From positions 1-49,575 of the IMG/VR virus record IMGVR_UViG_3300028145_000005: a stretch of 49,575 bases of DNA; one strand, written 5' to 3'. The translations under genes and the position numbers were made by a program. The DNA is from a virus (Duplodnaviria > Caudoviricetes). This document shows positions 25,691 to 36,165 of this stretch, piece by piece. The number at the start of each line of letters is the position of its first letter. Position 1 is the first letter of the stretch. The notes under the pieces are model-generated. The model was given only the letters and a program-made list of their open reading frames with translations, was not told the origin of the DNA and did not search any database.

Positions 25691-26737
25691 CCTCCCAATC
25701 AGTTGATTCCTTAGGTGGGCACTACCAAACGGAGAGAATGACACGGCAGGCATCTCGCGCCCGAGTTGATGCACAAGCTCGCCCTGCAACAGCCGAATCG
25801 CTTGCCCGTGCCGTTCCTGAGACATCTGCTTGGCTGTCGGAGAATCCATGCTTGAATACCTCACGCTCTCGCATTCAGCGATCAGCGCCTCCATGTTGCC
25901 GATGAGCAGATAGTCCGTGTCCACCTTTACCGGCACGAACTCCAACTTGGCCATTGCCGTAACCTGTACCTTCGTCACGTCGCTACCTGGGTCGCAGCAG
26001 TTGCGCGGCAGACCACCCAAGAAGTAGCGGCGATACGCTGCAACCTGTTCGCTGGGTTCCATGGTCAGGATTAGTTCCTGCACCGAGGTATTGGGATCCA
26101 CTTGGTAGAACCGCACCGGCCCAGCCGTTACGCCTTTCTGGATTCCAGTCAGTGAATTCAGCACTGGAGAATCCACAAACGGCATCGTCCCGTCCAGTAT
26201 CACACCCAAGATGTCGTCCGTGCCATCGAGGCTAATGATTGGGTTGTCGCTGGTGTCGGTGCCTTGAACCAGAATGCGTGCGCCAATATCGCGATTGTCG
26301 GTGATGTAAGCTCGCAGGATTCGGTTCTTGTCCAGGTCGATAAAACTGGGATAAGTGCCACGGTCGTACACCTCCATCAAGTCGCACGTCCTGTTCCGGC
26401 ATCTGCCCGTGGCTGTCTTGGATTCCTGCAAGCCAATGCCAAAGCTCAGGAACTCGTAAAACTCATTCTGGACATTGACCGGGCTCCGGCAAATATCGAC
26501 ATTGATCAACCTAGCAACCTCTCTTGGCAACGTGATGAACGGGTCAGCCTTGTCCACGTTGAACACCATCCTCGCCCAAGTTCCCCACCATCCAGTGTCT
26601 CCACCCTCGCGGGCCAGGAGCAATCGCTGCGTGGCGGCATTCACGAATTGAGCGCAGCCCAACGTGTCAGCCTGGCATAACCCAATCGACTGCGGACCTC
26701 GGGAGAGTCTGAAATCAATAAGCCGATTGCGGTTCAT
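25682..26737 (-). CDS. Putative head-tail adaptor / tail tubular protein A-like
   Basis: [10 protein letters not shown]...ITLPREV; helical C-terminus; position in the tail module. Confidence 0.5.
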   Translation of the reverse strand: MNRNRLIDFRLSRGPQSIGLCQADTLGCAQFVNAATQRLLLAREGGDTGWWGTWARMVFNVDKADPFITLPREVARLINVDICRSPVNVQNEFYEFLSFGIGLQESKTATGRCRNRTCDLMEVYDRGTYPSFIDLDKNRILRAYITDNRDIGARILVQGTDTSDNPIISLDGTDDILGVILDGTMPFVDSPVLNSLTGIQKGVTAGPVRFYQVDPNTSVQELILTMEPSEQVAAYRRYFLGGLPRNCCDPGSDVTKVQVTAMAKLEFVPVKVDTDYLLIGNMEALIAECESVRYSSMDSPTAKQMSQERHGQAIRLLQGELVHQLGREMPAVSFSPFGSAHLRNQLIGRLQ

Positions 26738-26779
26738 TAACGTTCCTATAAAGGTTCGGTGTTAAACTAACAAGCATCG

Positions 26780-27532
26780 TTATTGTGGGATGGCGGGGTA
26801 AGCGGGTGGTGTCCCGCCGCCAAAGAGTTGAATGACCTCGGCGTTGGTCAAGAGCCTCGCCCAAAACGCGCTCTCATCCTGACGCCAATCCGGGCTTACT
26901 CCAGCGTCGTTTACGCACTTCAAGACGAGGTAGCCTTTAGTTATTGCAGATAGGTCATCAGCGATAGGACTGCTCTCCTGCAAACCGCCCAGTCCAAAGA
27001 TGGTATTACCCCGTTGGAATCCAAACTTCTTGGTCGTGGCGTTGTACTGGATCTGGATGAAATTCCAGAGGGCCGTACCGAAACTGCCTCCCGGAGAGAA
27101 GAACGTGGCGTTATTCTTCTGCATGACCATAAATACCGGAGGAGGGCCAAGAGGAAAGACGGCGCGAAAGTTGATTACCTCCACGTTCGCGGCATTAAGG
27201 AAATGGATTTCGAATACAATACTGCTGCCTCCACCGTATGTTGCGAAGTTGACCCAGGTTGTCCAAGTGAATCCGTGGGTTGGCTTGATAAGTGGATTGG
27301 CCGTTGTCTGAATGCTGGCCGTCCCAAGAAGTGGCACGCCACTCATCCGCATGCAGGTGTTAAGGATTCCCGCCGCACCGGCACCAACAGCACCTGAGCT
27401 AACCGCAAAATTATCATCTGGATCCAGCTTGGCTATGAACGGAGTCGCGCCGTCATCGAAGTCCCAGTAGTCCACTAGCGACACCGCTGGTCCGACATGC
27501 AGCGCAAATTCTTTTGTGCAAATAGCAGCCAT
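26780..27532 (-). CDS. Concanavalin A/LamG-like domain virion protein
   Basis: LVDYWDFDD...FTWTTWVN...WNFI...DESAFWARLLTNAEVIQLF. Confidence 0.75.
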   Translation of the reverse strand: MAAICTKEFALHVGPAVSLVDYWDFDDGATPFIAKLDPDDNFAVSSGAVGAGAAGILNTCMRMSGVPLLGTASIQTTANPLIKPTHGFTWTTWVNFATYGGGSSIVFEIHFLNAANVEVINFRAVFPLGPPPVFMVMQKNNATFFSPGGSFGTALWNFIQIQYNATTKKFGFQRGNTIFGLGGLQESSPIADDLSAITKGYLVLKCVNDAGVSPDWRQDESAFWARLLTNAEVIQLFGGGTPPAYPAIPQ

Positions 27533-27533
27533 A

Positions 27534-28502
27534 TCAACAGGTGCCGACAGCTACTCTGATTCCAATGGTGAAATCTCCGGTTTCGGTTGGTGTACCCTCT
27601 AGGACTCCAGATGGAAACAGAGTCATCCCGGCTGGCAAACTCCCATAGGCAATGGTCCAAATCTCTGTCTCTGCGTCTCCCGGAACTTCAGTCAGGTTGA
27701 CGAGATAATGATCGTCTTTGGTTGCATCTGGCAATGGATCGGTAGTCGTAATCCGAATGATGCAAATCGTGAGTGTCTTTTGCTGGAAGGAGCCGATTGC
27801 ATCCGTCGCCCGCACGGTGAATGTGTACTTACCAATAGTCGTCGGGATGCCAGAGATGACCCCGGTGCATTCGTCCAACTCCAGCCCTGGAGGCAAGGAG
27901 CCAACGATAACCATCCAAGTGTAATGGACTGGCTCTCCATGACCGCAGCCGATGAAACTTAACGGTGCGTTCAGATAGGGGAAGAACAGCGCCGTTCCGC
28001 CCACGGCCTGAATCGTAAATCTGTAACGGTTATCCCGGCAGCCGCCTTGGCCAGTGCTGACAATGCAAATGCGATGTTGCTCCGCTCGATTCTTGGCCAC
28101 GCTCGCCGCAATGGCATTGGCCGTTGCTTGATTAGCCGCTACGAATTGTCCCGCTCCAATCGTCCAGCTGAAGGTTGATCCATCTGGACAACTCACGGTC
28201 TGGGTCACCGCTGAATTGTAGAAAAGTGTCAGAGGATTCGACGTGCCGACTGGTGGCGGAAGCTCACCAATACATTCTAGGGCTGCGCGTCGTGCGCAAT
28301 CGTCGGCTTCCTCCTGACTTGTCTCCGAATAACAATAGGTCTTGCAGGCAAATGCCTGATAAGCCGTTTGCAGATCGTCGAGGATGATCAAATTGAAGAT
28401 GCCAATGTGGCGGTCCTTATCGACGTCTTCGGCTGAAAGGTTGGCCACAGGATCATCACTGCACTCGCAGACGATCTTATTTTTGCAAGCGATTATCGGC
28501 AT
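27534..28502 (-). CDS. Cys-rich virion protein with DUF5977-like and putative Ig (He_PIG) repeats
   Basis: GSLPPGLELDECTGVISGIPTTIGKYTFTVRATD and GSLPAGMTLFPSGVLEGTPTETGDFTI; SQEEAD / NQATAN motifs. Confidence 0.7.
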   Translation of the reverse strand: MPIIACKNKIVCECSDDPVANLSAEDVDKDRHIGIFNLIILDDLQTAYQAFACKTYCYSETSQEEADDCARRAALECIGELPPPVGTSNPLTLFYNSAVTQTVSCPDGSTFSWTIGAGQFVAANQATANAIAASVAKNRAEQHRICIVSTGQGGCRDNRYRFTIQAVGGTALFFPYLNAPLSFIGCGHGEPVHYTWMVIVGSLPPGLELDECTGVISGIPTTIGKYTFTVRATDAIGSFQQKTLTICIIRITTTDPLPDATKDDHYLVNLTEVPGDAETEIWTIAYGSLPAGMTLFPSGVLEGTPTETGDFTIGIRVAVGTC

Positions 28503-28503
28503 A

Positions 28504-30333
28504 TCAACAGAGCATCCTTTCGTATGGTCCCTGTTCCCGGGGCAGAGCGTAGAGGATCATTCCCCGGACTCGGCACCAGCCCTTGATTGTCACGCGGACT
28601 TGGAATTGGAATCCTTGGTTGGTTGGGTGGTTGTTTCCGCTCTCACAGCGCACGGGAGGCTTGGGCAAAACCATCGTGGCCCGGAACGATTCGCAGTAAG
28701 GTTGAATCGGATATTCCGGGCAACTGACTGGCTCGGTGTCTTCGCGGCAATCCTTGGCGCTGCAATCCTTCCACGCATGCCAGAAGACCCAGCACGGATT
28801 CTGGTCCACGCGATAATCCACCACGAACTCCACCGTACCAAACAATTTGTCCACCCACAGCTCCATCCCATCCAGTTGCTTCAGAGCAAAGGCATCACCC
28901 CAATTATAGGACGGGCTTTCCAGATACCATGTCACCCGGTTTCCGTTATTGTCCACCTGCTGGTCGAATCGGTCTTGGGTGGTGATTTCCCACAGATCAA
29001 TGGAGCCGGTCTGTTTACTTACGATGGTGGCAAAGCCCCGCTGTAACCCGCCGAAGTCGCCCTCGAACAACTGCATGACATCCAACGCCTCAATCATGCC
29101 TTCCCAGGCGGGCGGGTATTTCTCTTCCAGGCTCGTAATCAGATCAAAATCCAGCGGCATGAGTCCTTTGTGGGCGACTCCGACCGGAGTTTGAATTGGG
29201 AGGCAGGTTTGTAGGAGGCGATTATCGAATTCAATGCCACTGGCGAAGCGTAATAACTTCCGGTCGTTAAAGCGTAAGACCCGGTTCTCATTGCGGCTAA
29301 TGGAGACATTGCCCCATTGCTGAAAGAAGCGGGTGGCCAAAGCCAAGGAACGTACCCCGTCCATGGCTTGGTAGAATAGGTCACCATTGACTCTGACCAC
29401 CGAACGGTCGTTGATGAAACCGAAGTTGATTTGGGCGACCGTCTGGAGCGGATTAGCGTCCGGCCCTCGGCCAGCCAGAGTCGCGCCAGCCCCGATCCAT
29501 TCGGTTCTCGTAACGGGAACGTTGCAGCGGAACACGTCGCGCCTAGTCCCGATATAAAGCCTGCCTTGCCCTAGGGCTGTATCCAGTTCAGCGGTATGGC
29601 TTAGTCCCCTGATGTTGCCCGATTGCGCGGGCACAATGAAGCCGTCTCCCGCTAACGATAACGGAGATTCCGTTACTTTAAGCACGGCGTCCCGATAATT
29701 GTACGCTGCCGTCCCGCTCAGACCCTGCACAATGTCACCCGCCGCGTAGACGCGGCCGAAGGCATACCAGAGCCTGCCCATGTAATAGTCCATCGGGCCG
29801 GCAGGCGGAATCTCGTTGATGTTGGGCCCAGCAAGATTGCCCGTAATGCCGTTGCTGCGCCGAAGCGTCACGCCATCCCAGATCAGGGGCTTAGTTACGA
29901 AGTCCCCACCCTGAACGACTAGGAATTCCTCGGCTTGCACGAAGAACGCCTGCACCTCATTGGGCGGATTGAACTGCCCGAAGTCAGCCGAGATATCACG
30001 CACTGAGTTGTCGGAGTCTACATTGACGATGTAGAGGTGACCACCGATGGAGAGGACGAGATACGGATTGGCGAATGGCGGCTCGTACATGTAACCACCT
30101 TGAAACACTCCAGGCCAAGGGAAGCTCTGCACTAGCGGTTTCCAGCCCGTTCTTTGGGTGATACCACCACCACGGCAAGTCCCATTAGTAAGCCAAGCCA
30201 ATTGGTTTCTCTTCAGCCCCTCGGGATAAGAATCGGTGGCTATCGTCGATATTTTCCCCGAGTCGATTCCCCCAGCGAACGACAATTGACCATCTACGAG
30301 CCTGAGGTCTGAATTGCCAGTTGCCATTGGCAT
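28504..30333 (-). CDS. Tail nozzle / stabilisation protein (P22 gp10 / tubular protein B-like)
   Basis: 609 aa, beta-rich; N-terminal SFAGGID...N.TCRGG.I.QRTG; start may be 30327. Confidence 0.6.
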   Translation of the reverse strand: MPMATGNSDLRLVDGQLSFAGGIDSGKISTIATDSYPEGLKRNQLAWLTNGTCRGGGITQRTGWKPLVQSFPWPGVFQGGYMYEPPFANPYLVLSIGGHLYIVNVDSDNSVRDISADFGQFNPPNEVQAFFVQAEEFLVVQGGDFVTKPLIWDGVTLRRSNGITGNLAGPNINEIPPAGPMDYYMGRLWYAFGRVYAAGDIVQGLSGTAAYNYRDAVLKVTESPLSLAGDGFIVPAQSGNIRGLSHTAELDTALGQGRLYIGTRRDVFRCNVPVTRTEWIGAGATLAGRGPDANPLQTVAQINFGFINDRSVVRVNGDLFYQAMDGVRSLALATRFFQQWGNVSISRNENRVLRFNDRKLLRFASGIEFDNRLLQTCLPIQTPVGVAHKGLMPLDFDLITSLEEKYPPAWEGMIEALDVMQLFEGDFGGLQRGFATIVSKQTGSIDLWEITTQDRFDQQVDNNGNRVTWYLESPSYNWGDAFALKQLDGMELWVDKLFGTVEFVVDYRVDQNPCWVFWHAWKDCSAKDCREDTEPVSCPEYPIQPYCESFRATMVLPKPPVRCESGNNHPTNQGFQFQVRVTIKGWCRVRGMILYALPREQGPYERMLC

Positions 30334-30364
30334 GAGTTATCAATGCCAATAGCATTTATGGCAA
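30321..30364. promoter_or_regulatory. Inverted repeat at the divergent nozzle/terminase junction
   Basis: TGCCATTGGCAT-N9-ATGCCAATAGCA (11/12), with outer TTGCCAT...ATGGCAA. Confidence 0.5.
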
Positions 30365-32151
30365 GACCCAATCCCCAACGCCAAGTCCTGTTCAACACAG
30401 ATTTCGAACCGCTCACGCCCATGTTCTGGTGTCACATCGCCTGTATCCAGGCGGGCGGCAGGTGGAAGAAGCCCAATGGTGAATACGCGGGTATGGGCAA
30501 TTTCTATCACTATAAAGAGGCGCAGAAGCTCCTTTGGCCAGAAAAGGAGTGGCACAAGTGGAATGATCTGCTCTTAAAAAACTTCCTGGACCACCGAATT
30601 ATTGGAGTAATGGCCCCGGCCTCAGCTGGAAAAACCCGCGAGGCATCCGATTTCGCCCTTATCTTCTACTATTCACACAGCGACTGCGCAACCGTCTTGG
30701 TGTCTTCGACAGAGCGGGAGATGCTCGAAATGCGTGTCTGGGGTGAAATGAAGAAGGCCCACAAACTGGCCACGAGCCGCATGCATGGATTGCCGGGAAT
30801 TCTGGTTGAGAGCCGACAACGCCTCGTCACCGATGACCGTGCTATAGACAGCGAGGGCCGAGATTTTAGAAACGGCGTGTGCGGCGTAGCGTGCAAGAAG
30901 GGAGGGAGTTACGTTGGCCTATCCTCATTTATCGGCATCAAGAACAAGCATATCCTGCTTGTTGCCGACGAAGGCGCTTTCATGCCTCGGGCTTACGTTG
31001 ATGCCATCTCCAATCTGAATAAGAACAAAGGATTCAAGTGCATTGTGCTCGGAAACCCGAAGGAGACCACCGACGCACTTGGGGTCGTTTGCGAGCCGTC
31101 TGCGGAACTGGGCGGTTGGGATGGTGGCATCGATCAAGCGCCAATGACCAAGACTTGGCCGACTCGTTTCAAAGACGGGATCTGCGTGCAGTTGGTGGGC
31201 TCTGACTGTCCCAACATGGACGTTCCCAAGGACGCTCCGGTTCCTTACCCGTTCCTGATTACCCGCGAAGCCATTGAGGCTGACGTGGCCTTCTACGGGA
31301 TGGATTCGATCCAGTACTCCATGATGAACGAGGGCCGCATGCCTCGCGGGCAGGGCTTACGCCGAGTCATCACCCGGGCCATGTGCCTGAAATTCGGAGC
31401 CATGGAAGCGCCGATCTGGAAGAGTGATGAGCGGACCCGCATCGGCTTCCTGGATGCCGCCTACGGCAGCGTGGGCGGGGACAGGTGCGTGTTTGGGGAA
31501 TTGCAGATTGGGAAAGACCCCAATGACCGGGAAATCTTGGCTGTAATCGACACGATGCTCGTGCCCGTCACCACGACCAGCCCTGAATTGCCCGAAGACC
31601 AGATTGCCCTATTCGTTAAGACCCAGTGCGAACAGCGGCACATCAAACCTGAGGATGTGTTCTTTGATTCGACCGGGCGAGGCAGTTTAGTCGGGGCCTT
31701 TGCGCGTCTGTGGAGTGCCCACGTCGGCACGGTGGAGTTTGGCGGTAAACCCAGCGAACGCTACGTGTCCGATAACATTCGCGTGCTGTGCAAGGACTAC
31801 TATTCGAAGTTCGTGACCGAGCTTTGGTACTCGGTGGCCCTCACCATCCAAAGCGGCCAGTTTCGGGGCATGACCGAAGACATCCTCTTGGAAGGTTCGA
31901 TGCGCGAATGGGGCTTTGTCGGAGGCAACAAGATCGAAATCGAGCCCAAGGACAAGATGAAGCTTAAAAGCGGCCGGTCACCCGACCTATTCGACGCGCT
32001 GGCTTGCGGGGTGGAAGGGGCCCGGCGACGTGGGTTTCATATCGCCAAGCTAACCAATGTCGGCGCAACGGCCGACAATGGATGGCGACTAGACTTGGCC
32101 AAACGGATGGAGCGCGTGAAAAAGCGTCACACGCTCAATTACGCCTCTTGA
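30343..32151 (+). CDS. terL: Terminase large subunit
   Basis: Walker A APASAGKT, Walker B LLVADEG, motif III LGNP; RNase H-like GFLDAAYG..GGD, FFDSTG, SPDLFDAL. Confidence 0.9.
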   Translation: MPIAFMARPNPQRQVLFNTDFEPLTPMFWCHIACIQAGGRWKKPNGEYAGMGNFYHYKEAQKLLWPEKEWHKWNDLLLKNFLDHRIIGVMAPASAGKTREASDFALIFYYSHSDCATVLVSSTEREMLEMRVWGEMKKAHKLATSRMHGLPGILVESRQRLVTDDRAIDSEGRDFRNGVCGVACKKGGSYVGLSSFIGIKNKHILLVADEGAFMPRAYVDAISNLNKNKGFKCIVLGNPKETTDALGVVCEPSAELGGWDGGIDQAPMTKTWPTRFKDGICVQLVGSDCPNMDVPKDAPVPYPFLITREAIEADVAFYGMDSIQYSMMNEGRMPRGQGLRRVITRAMCLKFGAMEAPIWKSDERTRIGFLDAAYGSVGGDRCVFGELQIGKDPNDREILAVIDTMLVPVTTTSPELPEDQIALFVKTQCEQRHIKPEDVFFDSTGRGSLVGAFARLWSAHVGTVEFGGKPSERYVSDNIRVLCKDYYSKFVTELWYSVALTIQSGQFRGMTEDILLEGSMREWGFVGGNKIEIEPKDKMKLKSGRSPDLFDALACGVEGARRRGFHIAKLTNVGATADNGWRLDLAKRMERVKKRHTLNYAS

Positions 32152-32272
32152 GGCGTTCCAAGCGTCGAAGCCTTCGGGCCTGCCGCGCAGCCTGCAACGG
32201 AGAAACCGCAACCTTCGGGGCAGCTACTGGTGGCGCTGGCTGATGAGGTGGCCTCACCACGACCGGAGCCAT
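32135..32272 (-). CDS. Small Pro/Arg-rich peptide
   Basis: MAPVVVRPPHQ...RRLERLKRRN; ends the leftward run and converges on terL. Confidence 0.4.
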   Translation of the reverse strand: MAPVVVRPPHQPAPPVAAPKVAVSPLQAARQARRLRRLERLKRRN

Positions 32273-32306
32273 GGTGAGGGTTCGCACCGTAGGTGAGCTT
32301 GTAAGC

Positions 32307-32813
32307 TTAACTGGGGATGGCTTCGTCGGCACCTTCGGTGAAGTTTTGGAAGGCGGTGGCGTCTGGGCTTTGGACTTCATAAGTGATGTCGAGGGTGATC
32401 GGCACATCACCATCTCCGACGTGGCCGTCAACCGTAATGCGGGCCTTCTTGGCCCCGATAGAGCCATCCCCGTAAATCCAACCCGTCAACAGGGTGGCGG
32501 TGGATTCGGGCAGAATGACTGGTGCCGTTGAATCGCCTTCGAGAGTTTCGCTCTTGGCGAATGTCCCGTCCGGCTGTTTGTCGATGGCTTCGTCGGTTCC
32601 AACTGTGAAACTGCGTCGGAACCCGGGCTTGATTGGCTTGGCTAGTGTAACTTCCATATCTGGTGGTTCTTTCGGTATCCGTTCGTCATGCCCGGTTGCG
32701 AACACGATCAATCGGATTGGTTTTTTCTTTTTCTTCTCTTTCATCGGGGAACCCCCGTTGAAAATGTTTATGACAGTCTTCACGAATCTTACAAGAAGCA
32801 ACAACACTCTCAT
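32307..32813 (-). CDS. Hypothetical protein with beta-rich (Ig-like?) C-terminus
   Basis: 168 aa, abuts the upstream stop. Confidence 0.6.
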   Translation of the reverse strand: MRVLLLLVRFVKTVINIFNGGSPMKEKKKKKPIRLIVFATGHDERIPKEPPDMEVTLAKPIKPGFRRSFTVGTDEAIDKQPDGTFAKSETLEGDSTAPVILPESTATLLTGWIYGDGSIGAKKARITVDGHVGDGDVPITLDITYEVQSPDATAFQNFTEGADEAIPS

Positions 32814-33506
32814 TTACCACTGAAAGTGCAGTCCAGCCATGCCGCAGCCTTCATCTCCACCGTTGAAAAATGCTCGGACCCGGTAACTCATTTCGAGGGC
32901 GAAGTTTTTGGACATGCGAATGTCGAATCCGGCCCCGGCTCCAATGGCTTCATCGTCATGTTCCCATGAATGAGTGTAGGAACCAAGAAGAAACCCAACA
33001 AATCGGTCATTGCCCTTGCCGCCAAGCTGAATTAGGTCCGCTCGCCCCATAAGTTCCGTCTCATCAATGCCCGTCCCTGAAGTCCAGCCGTGCTTTTGGA
33101 CAAATGCATTGCCGCGCCTGTTGTAAGTAAGCACGTCAGGTTCATCGTAGAGCGTGTTTAAGAGATGAACTCCTACTGCGCGGTTGATCTGGTAACCGAA
33201 TCCTATCCCCGCGCCGAAGATGGGTTTGCCGGTAAAATCGACATTCCGCCATGCTACGTACGGGCTGATGGAGAAGTCTGTCCACCAGGAAACAGGCTTC
33301 TCTTTGGGCGGGGCGGCTGGTTTAGCCGGTGCGGCCTGATTACCCGGTTTGGGGGTAGTCATCATCCATGGCTTGGGCTGGACTTGGGCGACCTGCGCCC
33401 AGTCAACCGATGGCAGTTGATTCGGATCCTCCGCGCACTGAAGCGCAATTTGAATTAACGTGAACGCCATGGCGACCATGGCCGTTAGCCGCATGTTTGT
33501 TTTCAT
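32814..33506 (-). CDS. Outer-membrane beta-barrel protein (Lom/Ail/OmpA-barrel-like)
   Basis: Signal-like N-terminus from ATG 33506; amphipathic strands FGAGIGFGYQIN and IGAGAGFDIRM; terminal GLHFQW beta-signal. Confidence 0.7.
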   Translation of the reverse strand: MKTNMRLTAMVAMAFTLIQIALQCAEDPNQLPSVDWAQVAQVQPKPWMMTTPKPGNQAAPAKPAAPPKEKPVSWWTDFSISPYVAWRNVDFTGKPIFGAGIGFGYQINRAVGVHLLNTLYDEPDVLTYNRRGNAFVQKHGWTSGTGIDETELMGRADLIQLGGKGNDRFVGFLLGSYTHSWEHDDEAIGAGAGFDIRMSKNFALEMSYRVRAFFNGGDEGCGMAGLHFQW

Positions 33507-33532
33507 AGATTGGCTTGGTAGCGCGTTTGGCC

Positions 33533-33901
33533 CTATTTGCGCAATAGAAACATCAGGGCGATTTGGAGCACGACAAAGAACAGGCCAATGGCCAGCGTCC
33601 AAGTGCTGCCCCGGGTCTCGATTTTGGTTATGCGCTCGTTAATGGCGGTTAACTTATCGGTCATGTCGCTTCTCCAGGCGTCACGCTCCTGCATCATTGG
33701 TTCGAATTGTAGTTTGCTCACAAATTGTTCCCGGTCAGAGATGACTTCACTGCGCAACTGGTTGAGTTCTCCCAATCGCCGCGCCACCTCTTCCCGGGCC
33801 AACAGGATGGCTGACTCGGTGGCTGCACTTCTTACATCGAGTTCGCGGCGGTGCGCGGCAATCAATGTCTCCAGGTATTCTCGCATTGATACGTCACTCA
33901 T
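33533..33901 (-). CDS. Coiled-coil protein with C-terminal TM (holin/XhlA-like candidate)
   Basis: TAATG-coupled; INERITKIET followed by WTLAIGLFFVVLQIALMFLLRK. Confidence 0.55.
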   Translation of the reverse strand: MSDVSMREYLETLIAAHRRELDVRSAATESAILLAREEVARRLGELNQLRSEVISDREQFVSKLQFEPMMQERDAWRSDMTDKLTAINERITKIETRGSTWTLAIGLFFVVLQIALMFLLRK

Positions 33902-35325
33902 TACGGTAAGATAACCGGGTTCGCCCCAGCTCCGAACAGAAACTTTTGCCACCCAGACGGCGGCGGGCCTGATACCTGCGGATCGGTAAGCGTCAACGGA
34001 TGTTTCCCAAGCGGGATATAGCCCGGCCGTGCGAAATTATTGCTGTAATGTTGGCCAGCGATGATCCAGAAGTCGATTCCCTTGTTGCCTATGGTCGGAA
34101 AGTTGCCATCAAATGGACCTGCGGTGTGGGTTCCGTTGTTCCAAACGTAGATCGGGCTTTCGTTCTGCCCCGTTGTGATTCCCGGCTGATCCCTGCCGGG
34201 CCTGCCAAACGTTCCCGGACCGTCGAATGGGCGGTTGAAGGTGCTTCCAACGCACACCAGATCCCTAGTTCCAATTGTCTCCCTGTCGTAACCACAGAAA
34301 CGAACGCCGCCCGTCGTTGAGCAGACTCGGCTCGCACCAGCACTCAGATTTATCGAACCAAGTTCCCAAGCCGTTCCGTCGCACCTTTGCCAAGAGCTGT
34401 TATCCAGGGTCGTGGATGCCCGGTAATACATCAGGGTAACCCCGCCGACTGGCTGTGTTCCTCCATAGCTATTTCGGAATACAACCCCAGTCCCGCCACG
34501 AACCGTAAGCGTGCGATAGGTAAACGCCGAGTTGTTGACATAGTTATTGGAGTAGACCTCGAAGCTGTGTGCCGACCTGCGGTTACCGCTGTCTGTGCCG
34601 TGGAACCCAGGATGCGAGTTGAGGAAATAGTTGGAACGAATGGTCAGCCGAGCACCGCCGTAGCCATCAATGCAATCTTCCACATTGGCGATGCCAACCG
34701 TGTAGGCAAACGTGTTGTTTTCGATGAAGGTGCAGTTGGTGGAACCTAATCTAAGGGGTCTGCGCCAAGGGGTAAATCCGCCATCCGATCCGTCAATGCT
34801 TCCGAATGGGGCAATGCTCTGAATTGATTGTCCGACATAGCTTACATCGAAATAGTTGAGGTCGATCAGGCCGTATGCATTGACTGTGACGATCCCGCGT
34901 GTGTCCCCACTGGCAATAACCAACTTACAACGGTCAACCCGATAGCCTACCTGATCCCCTGCCAAATTAGATGGTCCATCTATGTCAAGAAGACCAGAGG
35001 AATGGTGGTTGGCACCAGCGCGAAACTCAAATCCCGAGATTCGGACCTGATTGGCCAGGGAACAAAACACTTGGAAAGCGCCATCTCCGGTATCGGTGAT
35101 AATCGTCTGGCCAATCCCGGCTCCCAGTACGGTCAGCTTCTTGCCGGTGATTATGATCTTCGTGATCCAACTCGATGATCCAGCCGGCACAACCACCGTA
35201 TCGCCAGAGACGGCAACTCTAACTGCGTTCGAGACAGCGGCCCAACTTGTATCGACTGCGGTGATCGTCGCGCCACGGCATAAACATGCGACCAGTGCGA
35301 AGGCCAGAGCTAGGAATGTCTTCAT
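33901..35325 (-). CDS. Signal-peptide-bearing right-handed beta-helix (pectin-lyase-like) protein
   Basis: MKTFLALAFALVACLCRG|AT; AVSGDTVVVPAG...LTVLGAGIGQTII; FIENNTF, IRSNYF, VYSNNY repeats. Confidence 0.8.
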   Translation of the reverse strand: MKTFLALAFALVACLCRGATITAVDTSWAAVSNAVRVAVSGDTVVVPAGSSSWITKIIITGKKLTVLGAGIGQTIITDTGDGAFQVFCSLANQVRISGFEFRAGANHHSSGLLDIDGPSNLAGDQVGYRVDRCKLVIASGDTRGIVTVNAYGLIDLNYFDVSYVGQSIQSIAPFGSIDGSDGGFTPWRRPLRLGSTNCTFIENNTFAYTVGIANVEDCIDGYGGARLTIRSNYFLNSHPGFHGTDSGNRRSAHSFEVYSNNYVNNSAFTYRTLTVRGGTGVVFRNSYGGTQPVGGVTLMYYRASTTLDNSSWQRCDGTAWELGSINLSAGASRVCSTTGGVRFCGYDRETIGTRDLVCVGSTFNRPFDGPGTFGRPGRDQPGITTGQNESPIYVWNNGTHTAGPFDGNFPTIGNKGIDFWIIAGQHYSNNFARPGYIPLGKHPLTLTDPQVSGPPPSGWQKFLFGAGANPVILP

Positions 35326-36165
35326 CTATTCGTTGGGTTGATAGCTCAGGGTGCGCTCTCCGCACATCAAACCGCCAATATCCAGATCGAAATGGCGCTG
35401 TGTCCTGTCCCTGTCCACGTTCTGGGCATTAACAACTGGCAAAATGGGAGTGGTGTCCATGGGCCAATAGAACAAAAGAGCCTCGGGCTTCACCTGCAAC
35501 GGCATGTACTTCATCTTGCTCGAAGCCAACTTGCCAATGTCTCCAGCCGTCAATGCATTGGTCCAGATGGCTAAGTCCGACATGGCCCCACCAAAGAACG
35601 ACGAGCCTCCGTTTTGAGGATAGATGAAGGTATGAAAGGTGGTGGCATTCGTAAGTCCCACAGCGTTCCCATCCCCAGTTGTCCAAGAACCAGCCTTGTT
35701 GATTCCGTTAATATAAAACACCAGTGACGCCCCGTTATTGTAGGTGTAACTGCAAGCCAAGTGCATCCAGGTGTTTGTCTGAACCGTGTCGGCGGTCGTT
35801 CTCCATATTTGATAGGTGCCATTTGGGCTGGCAAAGCTAAACCCTATTTTCTCGCTTACCGAGGAAAGCCCGAACTGCTGATTTCCATCGGCCCCAGATT
35901 GTTCAAATCGCCCCTTGCATATCAATCCTTGCTTTGCCCCGCCCCCAAGTTGTCCATTAACGCCAGCATCAGTCCAATCGTACTTCACCCAGCAAGCAAT
36001 TGTTAAAGGATTGGAATTTGTTATTTGAGCTAAGAACGCAGTCGCTTTAGCCGCACCGGGATCAATTGGAGTCTTATTGTCGGCTAGATTTATTGTTGTG
36101 TGAGTGGCCCCATGCGAAAGGACCGCTGACAGCACCAGCATCAACAAGAGCAGTAAATTCTTCAT
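35326..36165 (-). CDS. Signal-peptide-bearing LamG/concanavalin A-like protein
   Basis: MKNLLLLLMLVLSAVLSHG|AT; LTIACWVK...TWMHLACSY...FYING...FFGGAMSDLAIWTNALT. Confidence 0.8.
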   Translation of the reverse strand: MKNLLLLLMLVLSAVLSHGATHTTINLADNKTPIDPGAAKATAFLAQITNSNPLTIACWVKYDWTDAGVNGQLGGGAKQGLICKGRFEQSGADGNQQFGLSSVSEKIGFSFASPNGTYQIWRTTADTVQTNTWMHLACSYTYNNGASLVFYINGINKAGSWTTGDGNAVGLTNATTFHTFIYPQNGGSSFFGGAMSDLAIWTNALTAGDIGKLASSKMKYMPLQVKPEALLFYWPMDTTPILPVVNAQNVDRDRTQRHFDLDIGGLMCGERTLSYQPNE

